A stretch of 64,000 nt of DNA from Octopus bimaculoides. Its lineage: Eukaryota. The stretch is from contig NC_068995.1 in the NCBI RefSeq assembly GCF_001194135.2, positions 57,994,827 through 58,058,826 on the forward strand. Direction: 5' to 3'. A program made the position numbers and the translations under genes. The notes below the pieces were generated by a model. That model was not told the DNA's origin, ran no database searches, and saw only the letters and a program-made list of their open reading frames with translations. The first letter of the stretch is position 1, and each line of letters starts with the position of its first letter. Of this stretch, positions 26,626 through 38,261 are shown piece by piece.

Positions 26626-28369
26626 ACAAAAGCGAAGTTTGAAGGAAATATTAGCCATTTTTCATAGTTTCTAGGGGGTCAGCAAATAGGAAATAACAGT
26701 TGCTACTCAAAGACAAAAATCATGTTACACAGTGCTTTTAACCTTTTATTTTCATATGAGAATTTTGCTCTCAAGATAGTCTATGAAAATAATTGTGATT
26801 AACAAGCCAATTAACTCAGCTTCCGTGATAAAAGGTATCTATCAGTGGCTTTTAAACAAGCTAACAACTTCCAGAGATGAAGAAAATGGGGACTGCAATC
26901 CTTATCTCTGCCTTTCACAGGGACTTTTACAGAGAGTGAATACATTAGTTATCACTGGGAATAAAATGCGAGTCACTGATTTGGTTCATCAGGATATATT
27001 ATGGCTGACAACGCATGATAAACCACCAAAATAAATGACACTTTTTAGCTAACTGATTTTCTGTGCAACCACTGATCTTGATACTTATCTTTTCTCTGTA
27101 TAAATCATCATGGTGGTGGGAGAGGTTTTGTGCCTTGCCTATGACATATCACAGTACAAGTAACAAGATATAATCTAACTACACTCCACATGGATGAGAT
27201 ATCAACACCTTAATCACTCAGCAATTTTCTCTTTTTCCTTCGTGACATTCACTTAAGACTTATCAACACATCATAGGACAATATAGCACACATATATGCA
27301 TAACTACCTGCATGTTGAGCAAACAAGAAAGATTCCAGATCAGGCATGGGCAGCCTTTTTCAAGAAGCAAGCCACATGAGACACAGCTTATTGTCAGGTA
27401 GGCCACACAACTAAAAGAGAATGCCGAGACATTTTTCATTGATGTGCCATTCAGAAAGTCTTGAAGGCTGCAGTTTGCTCATGACTGTTCTACATGGTTA
27501 CCCAATTTGTTAGAAATAGCAGCCAAACCTACCTCAAATTCTAATTTACTGTTAGATAATATAGTTCCAGATAAAATAATGCATAAGAAAAAGATGGGAA
27601 CCTTGTGGCTAGCATACCATTATAACCGGTCTGCTAGATCAGAGCAAAGCAACAACTGCCACCCATGAACAAGATACAACTAATTCCCCTGGTTATGTCT
27701 TCAAATGTTGATTATATTCATCATTCATTTAATAAGCTTCATACTGTAAATTCAGCTTGTGAAAAGTTGATTGAGATTCATCATCATCTTATATATATTA
27801 ACAAAATAAATAAATAAAAACCTACTTTACTACTAGAGTTTGACAGACCTTTTAAAGATTGCTCCAATCAAGTATTGATTCTAAATATTGTGCAAATATT
27901 TTATTCATGCCTGTGTGTGAAAATATGTATGTAGATTATGTGAATATTAAATATTTTTACAGGTCATCCCATAAGTTCTGTCTGATTTTACCTTCTTTAA
28001 AATTGAATGAAATTTAATAGTATTTTAGAATGTCTAATGAAATTAAAAACTATTTTTATGCATTTGTGTACATTTAGACTAATTAAATATTATTTTATAG
28101 AATAATAAAATTAAAATTTCTTTGATTAAAACCCTTTCTAAAATGCTAAAGAGCATTTAAGGCACAAAATGCTTTATGAGTACAAAAAAAGGAAACTTTG
28201 CAGCCAAAGCGACTTGAAACACACTCAGTTTATAGGAAAGAATGCTTAAATGAAAGACACAGTTCAAAGATTACACATCATATAATATTATCAAGTGGCA
28301 AATAAATGTGCATATGTCATATTTGTTAGGTGCACATTATCGTGTAACACTATAAACTATAAATATCAG

Positions 28370-28440
<71 letters not shown>

Positions 28441-28747
28441 TGTGTGTGTGTATTTGAAAAAGATTTCCTTAAAATTAAAATTGATCAATTATAGATATAA
28501 AAACTTAAAATTCACTGACCTGATGGAAGTTTTTGTGTAAGTGCTTTTTGCTGTTTTCAAATTTTCAAACACTTATCATGTTACAAGGTCATCTAAATGA
28601 GACTCGTGTATAACTAGGGCTAAGTATCTGGTATTGGTTGGGTTCATAAAGAACTCAGTGATCAAATATTTTGGTCTTTTTTTTTTCACCTTCAGCAGGA
28701 GATCTGGACTCTTTTTGAATTTGTTTACGATTAATGAAAAATTAGGG

Positions 28748-29002
28748 TTAGTGCTAAGATATATTCTAGATCTGCTAAGATATAATCTAGTGCTAAGATA
28801 TATTCTAGATCTGCTAAGATATAATCTACNNNNNNNNNNTCTAGTGCTAAGATATATTCTAAATCTGCTAAGATATAATCTAGTGCTAAGATATATTCTA
28901 GATCTGCTAAGATATAATCTAGTGCTAAGATATATTCTAGATCTGCTAAGATATAATCTACTGCTAAGATATATTCTAGATCTGCTAAGATATATAATCT
29001 AA
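28748..29002. repeat. 39-bp minisatellite (18+21 bp dimer), about 6 units, with a 10-N gap
   Basis: Unit CTAGTGCTAAGATATATT-CTAGATCTGCTAAGATATAAT repeats almost perfectly. Confidence 0.97.
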
Positions 29003-29489
29003 GATGAAACAAAATATTGAAAGTGATTATGATATTTTCTAAGAAATATTCTAAATGTATTCTATTTTAGGAACAAATGTGTACAGTTTATACTGGTTTC
29101 TAACTCTATAAACAGTCCATATACAGTTGACCATGAGAAAATAGGTATCTGAATGATCAAACTGAATATTTTGAAAGACTAATTTTGACATTTCAAACCA
29201 GATATAACAAAACCTGACAACAAACAATGAAAAGGAAAAATTTGCTGGGAGGGCTACTCTATCCATACTTGTTTGAAAACAAACACTCTGTCACATTAAC
29301 TATGAACGCACTGAGTTAAAAAGAAAATGTAAAAAAAAAAAAAAAAAGAAAGTATTTAAAATAAAATGCAAGGAAATTTATACATATGTCAAATTTAGAA
29401 AAAAATAAATCAAATTGATAGTTCAGAAAAATATATTATTGCAAACTACAACTGAAAAACATAAATTTTAAAAAGTATACTAAAACCAA

Positions 29490-29524
<35 letters not shown>

Positions 29525-29819
29525 CATAGATCATATCACATTTATATATATTTTATAAAGATCACATCACACTAATTTTGAACAGGTTTATTTTGAAAAA
29601 TACAAAGTAAAAAGAACTACAGAAAGAAATGCCATCACAGTATCTATAAATAAATAAGATGATAGAAAAATCTGTTTAGATGTGCAAATTAATAATCTAA
29701 ATTGATTTATATGCTATTAAAAAACTACAGAATGAATTATATTAATTAAATATGGTATAGCTTTACCAAATGATTTACTTGACATCTTGATTCAGCTAGA
29801 ACATATTTGTGTATACAAA

Positions 29820-30025
29820 ACCCCAGCTCCACATTTCAGTGAAGGAACCTGTAAGTGATCATTTGATCAACTAGAAATAGTAGCCAAATTTTCCTCAAAT
29901 TACACCTTACCATCTTAAAAATGGAAGTACAGATTAGATATTATAAAAAGACAAGACGGTCTTGATGGGAACATCTTTGATTATAGGAAGGTGAACCAGA
30001 GCTGACTGGGCTGAACCACAACATG
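29820..30025 (+). repeat. Dispersed repeat family X (best copy); others near 940-1060, 2890-3010, 3375-3480, 4780-4819(-), 25480-25615, 27495-27660, 56320-56375
   Basis: Shared blocks TAGAAATAGYAGCCAAA...AARAYGGKMTKRYGG...GCTGACYTGGGCTRAAC recur across the window. Confidence 0.75.
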
Positions 30026-31522
30026 CCTCAATTTCTGAACTATATAATGTTTGAAATTATTTAATTAAAAAAAAGCAACAAAAAAAAAGCATAAGAATAT
30101 TTGATAATGCACACAAACATCTATATTCTTTTATTTTATTACTAGTTTCAATCACTGGATTGAGGTCATGCTGGTGAGACTAGCTTCAAAAATTTAATCA
30201 ATAAATTCCAGTACTTATTTATTAGTCTGGTACTTTTGTAAAAATTAACTCACTTGTTGATTTGATAAGTTATGACACATAAAAAGACACAACATGACAA
30301 AAAAAACAAAAAGCCCCTGATTTAAAGGCACACACATACAGAATATTGGAGTCTGAAGCTTCACCAATCCCAGATGAGTCTGTTGCATGTGCATACTTGA
30401 GGGTCAAACTTGGAGTGGAAATCATGGAAGTTTCAACTTCCATATAATATACACTTCTATACTGAGTTCGTTTATACAATTGAATGCATTAAATCCTCAA
30501 TTATATATTTATTAGTGGGACCTGTGGAAATTTCAAGGAATGGAAAAAAAATTCAGAGGACCCATTTAAGAAAGAAAGCATGATTTGCATTTTTATAGCA
30601 TTCATAGTTTAGCTTCTTTAACGTTCAACATTTCCTCATGTCTCCGTCGGTCTTTTTCCTCTTTTTATTGTATCTTTTCTCACTGTTCCTCTCTGATCCA
30701 TGTTCTATATCTGTGCATCCTTTCTCGGGCAGCTTGCAACCGTGTTTCTTGTAAACCCAAAGTTTAGGCTAAATTAACCCTTATAAACAAATAACAATTT
30801 TTTTAAGCAAGCACTGATAAATAATTGCACTTAGGCATTAAGTGATGGTCACTATAAAAAAAAGAATTAGTTCAACGAAAAAAAAAAAAACTTTTCACTA
30901 TCAACACCACCACCACTATCTGCCTCTCTCATACATATATATATATATATATANNNNNNNNNNNNNNNNNNNNNNNNNNNNNNNNNNNNNNNNNNNNNNN
31001 NNNNNNNNNNNNNNNNNNNNNNNNNNNNNNNNNNNNNNNNNNNNNNNNNNNNNNNNNNNNNNNNNNNNNNNNNNNNNNNNNNNNNNNNNNNNNNNNNNNN
31101 NNNNNNNNNNNNNNNNNNNNNNNNNNNNNNNNNNNNNNNNNNNNNNNNNNNNNNNNNNNNNNNNNNNNNNNNNNNNNNNNNNNNNNNNNNNNNNNNNNNN
31201 NNNNNNNNNNNNNNNNNNNNNNNNNNNNNNNNNNNNNNNNNNNNNNNNNNNNNNNNNNNNNNNNNNNNNNNNNNNNNNNNNNNNNNNNNNNNNNNNNNNN
31301 NNNNNNNNNNNNNNNNNNNNNNNNNNNNNNNNNNNNNNNNNNNNNNNNNNNNNNNNNNNNNNNNNNNNNNNNNNNNNNNNNNNNNNNNNNNNNNNNNNNN
31401 NNNNNNNNNNNNNNNNNNNNNNNNNNNNNNNNNNNNNNNNNNNNNNNNNNNNNNNNNNNNNNNNNNNNNNNNNNNNNNNNNNNNNNNNNNNNNNNNNNNN
31501 NNNNNNNNNNNNNNNNNNNNNN

Positions 31523-31566
<44 letters not shown>

Positions 31567-32699
31567 TTCAGCTAATTTTTTAACCATGTAATAAGTATTC
31601 CTTCCCCCACCCCACTGCACATCGTTAACACTTCTCTCTCCCTCTTTTTCTCTCATTCTTCACCTCTATTTTCAGCCGACCACGTGACGCATTTGGCCTA
31701 AGCGTATTACTATTAATCACTTTTCTACTTCTTCCTCTCTTCTTTCTTCACCCCCCTCTCTCTGTCATTCTTACTCCACCTCCACCTCCCTAACTAATGT
31801 ATAATGGGTGAACAAGCAAGCAGATTATTATATAGATATGCAGTCAGGTTAGAAGCAGAGAAGGAATTTCAATCCTAGCTATTTAACCCCATACAGTTGT
31901 GAAAAGGGAATACATATATACATTGCTTTTGTGAAGATTACAGTAGCAGAGGAAGCTTTATAAAATTCAAATGACTGGAATATCTATTGAAGATCTTGCT
32001 GAAGAACACTTAGCACCTTGTTGTGTCACTCTAGAATGTTGCTACATATCAACTAAAAAACATAGCTTTAGCTACTCATATAAAATAACTGAATGTGGCA
32101 GAAGAGGACAAAACACTGGACATTCACCAAAACTATTTATAACTGATACAGGCCTCCTCACTTCAATTACATATCAGCAATGAAAACAAAATTCTTCAGG
32201 GAATGTTACCAGCACCTATTATTTTTCTTAATGCTACAATGAAGCACCAGTTTTATGTGATCCAGCAGTTTTTCAGAACAATGTGATGAAGTACGAAAAC
32301 TTTGTATGTATGTTTGTTTTAAACTACTTGTTTAAGAAAATTAAAGGTGTCCACTAAACAGGAAATAATGGGTAACAGGAAATAATGGGCAACACTAAGA
32401 AGACTGTAAAAGATTATTTGCAGAAATAATTGAAGTCAAAGAAGAATGGAAAGAAGCAAATTTCTTCGGCAAAGGTATTTAAGTGGATACAATGTTAAAA
32501 GATCATTTTTTAAATGAATCAATAAAAGAAGACTTTAGTTTGCCATTATCAAAACATACTTTATATAATGAATTGCTAACAGCAGTGTAGGAGATAAACA
32601 GAATAGAGAGAGAAAAGAAAAGTATATCATATCATAAGTGTTTATAACCTTTGAACTTTAATTCTGCCCACCTTCTTCAACTGGACTATGGGAATAGGA

Positions 32700-33400
32700 C
32701 AACTAATGGCAACAAACTGAGAAAAGAATACTCATGCTTCATAAATAAGAGACAAAGATCAGACTTTTAAACAAAGAAATATCAGAGAGCAGCAATTCCT
32801 TCAATTATTAAACTTGACTTCAAAAACACATTTGGCAGTATGCATAACAGCCCGCACCAATGCTAGGCTTATATAAGGTATCTGTCAAAAATAAGGAAAT
32901 TCTATGAGAAATTCAAGTGATTCCAAAATGACCAACTTCAATATGAAGTTTACCAAGATGTATCATCTCACTAACCTTCATCTTCACAATAGACTGATAT
33001 ACTTTGGAGTATCCTCTTTCTCCAGCAAACAGTCCTACATTTAGTAAATTACTAACTTAACCAGGATTCCTTTAGCAACAACATGTGCAAGTATAACAAG
33101 CTTAATGCAACATTCTGATAAACCAGGTTTAACCAATATATCTATATGACAAGTTATGTCAAAGACCATCAACTTCACTTTTCCCAATGCTGTGAATGAG
33201 TAAACCCACTAGAAGTTAATGGCTTCTCATATCTTTAGAAGCTTGATAAATAAAGGTAATGCAGCTCAGTCAAGTGAAACAAAATATGTGTGAGGCCAAA
33301 CGTTAGAGACTGAAGATCAATATCAAATTCTTTAACAGCAACATTAACGATAAAAACAAGTTGTTTTATAATCACTGTCTGTTGGAAATCTGTGTGATTT
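32700..33400 (+). mobile_element. Possible highly decayed R4/Dong-like LINE RT remnant
   Basis: Ordered weak motifs YPLSP (GDxLSP), QYIYMT (LYMDD), NGFSYL (YKYLG) and FFNSNINDKNK (LxSxLNxxNK). Confidence 0.3.
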
Positions 33401-34099
33401 ACTGGTTCAGCAAGATTTTAAGCAAGTAGTTCTAAAAGAAATCTGGTTACACTTGAAATAAAACAAGAATTTGCTGGTTAGAGTATGTAATCAGAATGAC
33501 ATTGGCCAAAGTCTTTGAAATCGCTTGATATTGTGAAAATAGAAATACATTCAGAAAAGATATGTACCTTAAGATAACATAAAGCAGTAGAGTAAAAGCT
33601 AAGTTGAAATGGAAATAAAATGGTATAAAAATTAACACACCACCAAAACAGAAAGAAATTAACACTACTCCCACCTTCTCATCTGAAATGCAAATAGCTG
33701 TGTAGCAAGTGACTGTTCTGCTCCGCCCACTTTCTCTTGTACTTTACTCCTTTCTTTATTCTCCCAGCAGAAAGTCCTCTCCCCTCACCTAACTGAACTT
33801 TGTACTCTTGCAAGACTTTTCATACTTCAGCATTTCCAGATTAACTTCACCAAAACATACTTTTGCTCCTCACCTAAGTATTTAGCATAGAAACGCAGTT
33901 TCTTACAAGAAACTGTTGCTAGGGAGTTAAAAAATGGAAACTGCTACTTATACCAAATCTAAGAATATTAGTGACCTTAGTGAAGTGAAATGAATCTATG
34001 ATACTTGCAATTTATTTTTCATTAATTAACTAGTCAGGGACTTTGCAGAATCTAACAAACTAATGTTTAGTTTGAGTGCTAGTAGACTGATGTCTGAAG

Positions 34100-35100
34100 G
34101 AAAAGCATAAAATATGGGGGTGTGGTAATTTCACACGGTTGATGTTCTAGCAAGGTGTGGACAAACCGTTTGGTGTAGATCTAGCAGGATGATACACATA
34201 GCAATGACAAAAGAAAGACTAACTAGAATGTGAAGGGAGTTTGAGTGAAGTGGGTATCTAGTCAGTTAATATAGATGGGGAGAACTGTTGTAATAGCAAT
34301 AGATGAGATAAAGAGAGACAAAACCACATATCAGTGATTTGATGTTTGTTACATTTGGAAATAGATCTTATAAATCTGATGAATGGCATTATTTTGGATA
34401 TTTAACTAGGTAGCCATGTTTCTGCTAGACTGTTTTAGAAATGTATATTCAAAGATGCACTGTAGTTGACTTAGTAAAATAAAAGGCTAAGATGTGATGG
34501 GTGGGATCATTTTAGCAGGTGTAAAAGTTTGATAGAATAGAAACAATGAAACCTTGTGGCAAACCAGAATTAAAATGCCAGAAAGAGCTGATGTGAAGAG
34601 TAACTGCCTCTTTTGAAGGTCTCAAGGGGCAAAGGAGTGAGGTGGACATGTTAGACATTGATGTGTGGCGCAAAGAGAGCAAATCTCTAATAGGTATTCA
34701 ACAGAAATCCTGCTGGCAGTCATTAAGTAGAGAGAAAGGTGGTGGCTTGAGATTTTCTCCAACACTATTGAGACTATGGAAGAAACAGCAATAAGTTAGT
34801 TGGTAGACTTAGAACAGCTGCACTTTTTGAGGAGGAAATATATTGTAGCATATTTCCACTGACTGGGGAAAATCTTTATAGAGAAATAATGAAGAATTAG
34901 GCAAGGATAGAAGACTAAGTTTGATTGTGCTATTTCAGAGGGATTGAAGAGGAGCTATCAATATATTGCCTCCGTGACTGATAGTATAATCAGAGAAATG
35001 TCCATATTTGGTGACTGCCTGAATGTAGTGGTAAGACTTGAGGAGTGAAAGAGAGTTTAAGAGCTGCAAGAGGTAGGAGTGGAAGCAAAACAAGCAACAC
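34100..35100 (-). mobile_element. Decayed CR1/L2-group LINE RT remnant
   Basis: Minus strand PSQWKYATIYFLLK-CSCSKSTN*LIAVSSIVSIVLEKI matches PxxWKxAxVxPIxKKG-x-NYRPISLLSxxSKxxEK. Confidence 0.6.
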
Positions 35101-35295
35101 ATGAAACAGTTTTATCAGTAACTAATTATGAATAGGAGGTAACCAGGTGCTGCTGATGGTGACTTCCCTTCGGATGTTATAAGGCACTAAACTTTACTTG
35201 TATTATTTTAGTGCAGCTTAAAGATTAAATTGATGTTTCAACTCTGCTGAGCACAGAGATATCCTTTAATGACAAAGTAACGCCATTGATATTCT

Positions 35296-36650
35296 TTTAT
35301 TTGTTTCAGTCCTTTGACTGTGGCCAAACTTCAGCACTACCTTTAGTCAAACAAATTGACCCCGGGACTTATACTCTGTAAGCCTAGTACTAATACTATC
35401 GGTCTCTTTTGCCAAACTGCTAAGTTACAGGGATGTAAACACACCAACATCAATGTCAAGCAATGATGGGGGGACACAAATGCATACATAAGTATATATA
35501 TATATATATATATAATCCTACCCCTTCAGGTAGATGGCCCTGCTCAGTATGTAGAAAAGGAGTAGGTAGTAACTCTATAAGATGTACCCGGTGCAAGCTA
35601 TGGACACATAAGAGGTGCAGCAACATCAAAGGCAGGTTAACTAGCAAGTTAGTTTTTGTTTGTGGCAGATGTTCAGGTGCAATAAAGACTGTAAACAAAC
35701 AGGAAACAACTTCTATCTCATTCCAGGGTGAAAAACTAGAGGTAGTCGATAGCTTCCGCTATCTGGGCGACCAAGTTAGTAGTGGGGGTGGGTGCGCTGA
35801 AAGTGTAGCTGCTAGAATAAGAATAGCCTGGGCAAAGTTTAGAGNNNNNNNNNNNNNNNNNNNNNNNNNNNNNNNNNNNNNNNNNNNNNNNNNNNNNNNN
35901 NNNNNNNNNNNNNNNNNNNNNNNNNNNNNNNNNNNNNNNNNNNNNNNNNNNNNNNNNNNNNNNNNNNNNNNNNNNNNNNNNNNNNNNNNNNNNNNNNNNN
36001 NNNNNNNNNNNNNNNNNNNNNNNNNNNNNNNNNNNNNNNNNNNNNNNNNNNNNNNNNNNNNNNNNNNNNNNNNNNNNNNNNNNNNNNNNNNNNNNNNNNN
36101 NNNNNNNNNNNNNNNNNNNNNNNNNNNNNNNNNNNNNNNNNNNNNNNNNNNNNNNNNNNNNNNNNNNNNNNNNNNNNNNNNNNNNNNNNNNNNNNNNNNN
36201 NNNNNNNNNNNNNNNNNNNNNNNNNNNNNNNNNNNNNNNNNNNNNNNNNNNNNNNNNNGTGGCACATAAAAGACACCATTTTGAGCGTGGCCGTTTTCGT
36301 GCGGGTGACACATAAAAGCACCCACTACACTCTCTGAGTGGTTGGCGTTAGGAAGGGCATCCAGCTGTAGAAACTCTGCCAAATTAGATTGGAGCCTGGT
36401 GTTGCCATCCGGTTTCACCAGTCCTCAGTCAAATCGTCCAACCCATGCTAGCATGGAAAGCGGACGTTAAACGATGATGATGATGATGATGAATGATATA
36501 TACAATGGGCTTCTTTCAGTTTCCATCTACTAAATCCGCTCACAAGGTTTTGGTCGGCCAAGGCTATAGTAGAAGACACTTGCCCAAGGTGCCATGCAGT
36601 AGGACTGAACCCAGAACCATGTGGTTGGGAAGCAAGCTTCTTACTACAGC
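35296..36650 (-). mobile_element. CORE-like SINE family B split by RTE copy 2 (SINE parts 35296-35513 and 36493-36650)
   Basis: The tail half lies left and the tRNA head/CORE half (CTTGCCCAAGGTGCC...GGACTGAACCC) lies right of the RTE. The insertion point is the SINE's internal (TA)n tract. Confidence 0.88.
35514..36492 (+). mobile_element. Young 5'-truncated RTE LINE copy 2 with a complete PHD-like finger (N gap 35845-36258)
   Basis: GRWPCSVCRKGVGSNSIRCTRCKLWTHKRCSNIKGRLTSKLVFVCGRC...VVDSFRYLG; 3' tail ends in (GAT)n. Confidence 0.93.
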
Positions 36651-37358
36651 CAGGATTTATAAAATAAATAATTATGAAATGAAGTATAATTGCTGAGCCT
36701 TGAAAGTTTAAAGAGCTTGAGTTTGGAGTTTGGGAGTTATGAATCCAAATTCTGTCAAAGACTGAATCCGTGACCACTAATTGGAAAGGAGTCACATGAC
36801 AGAGGTAATTTCCACTGTTAAAATAAGCGTAGAACATCTAAGTGTAAAATGCAAACAAATATGCACATTTCATCAAATCCATATCATTACATCAACAGGA
36901 GTATGCATCAATATGCATACTTTATCAGTTAATACTGGAGCATTGGGAAAACTTAAGTTTATAAAAATAAGTTCATTTAACAATAAAATAATAAAGTTTA
37001 CTATAGCTACAAGCAGTTATTTTGAAATGTGTTAAATTAACTGTGATTATTCTACATTTGTGCATTCAGATTTGATTACAAATTGACACTTCTCTGCGTG
37101 TAACATGAATTCATTGCTTCTGGTTGTTCCCAAGTGAATACAATTTAAACAGCTGTTTTAGATCATCAAATTAAACCCTGTTATTATCAACAAAATATCC
37201 ATACAGACAGAAAAAAGTCTTTTTCTTCTTTTTTTACAAATCACAGATAAGTAACATACTACCTACTTGAACCAATAAATTTGACTAGGATTTCACTGAT
37301 TTTTTCCACTTGCTTTTTTAATTGTTGATTTATAAACTAAGTCTTTAAATTAAAGGTA

Positions 37359-37670
37359 AAATGTTTGTTTAAAAAAAGTTTCCCTAACAGTTTATGGTTT
37401 TTTTGTTGTTGTTGTTTTTTTTTTTTTTGCTTTCTTGTCATACATTCAGTATTTATAGCCCATTAANNNNNNNNNNNNNNNNNNNNNNNNNNNNNNNNNN
37501 NNNNNNNNNNNNNNNNNNNNNNNNNNNNNNNNNNNNNNNNNNNNNNNNNNNNNNNNNNNNNAAAATGTTTGTTTAAAAAAAGTTTCCCTAACAGTTTATG
37601 GTTTTTTTGTTGTTGTTGTTTTTTTTTTTTTTGCTTTCTTGTCATACATTCAGTATTTATAGCCCATTAA
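37359..37670. other. Identical ~108-bp sequence on both sides of a 95-N gap (probable unmerged contig overlap)
   Basis: AAAATGTTTGTTTAAAAAAAG...ATAGCCCATTAA occurs at ~37359-37466 and ~37562-37670. Confidence 0.85.
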
Positions 37671-38261
37671 TATCATGAGAATTTGATTTTCAGAAGCACC
37701 TCTCTTACACTGTTCATGGAACAAGGTATGAATGTTACATCTCATATTCTCATTCACGGCTGAATGAGTTACATAAATTACTATTGTAGATTTCACCTCC
37801 ACTTCACATATAAGGTTAGCTGGTTGCTAGAACCCTGGCCTCCTAGCCCACAAACAGAATCCAAGGACCTCTTCAGCATAACTTTTGAACAATGGTTTTC
37901 ATGTATTTCCTAGCACAGGATGCAAGAAAGAAGCTAAAATCACTTTGCAGATTTAAAGTAGTAGTTATGATGGCATGAAAGCCAAATATTTCATTATTTT
38001 TCTACATTCTGACATTATTACCATCATCATCATCATCATCCTCCTTGTTTCATGTTAAACATTTCAACCCTGCTTTTGCCAAAACTTTTGTCTAAGAAAT
38101 CAGTTCATTTCCGAGATTGTTCATTTGTGAAGGTCTTATTGTGTGTGTGTATGCGCACGCGTGTGTGTGTGTGCATGCATGCGTGTGTTTTTTATAACGC
38201 CTAGAAGAAGGTGCTTCTTTTCCACACACCAAAGTGAATGGTACTGCAGTCAGGAAGAACT

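Noticed and set aside
28748-29002. CRISPR-like array or leucine-rich-repeat protein ORF
   Set aside because: Units are head-to-tail with no unique spacers, the DNA is eukaryotic, and the ORFs on both strands simply translate the 39-bp unit.
36560-36650. tRNA genes at SINE heads (also 21100-21175 and 41890-41945)
   Set aside because: A/B boxes are present but continue into SINE bodies and do not form complete cloverleaves.
37359-37670. Biological direct repeat or LTR pair
   Set aside because: Identical sequence immediately flanking a short N gap is typical of an unmerged contig overlap.
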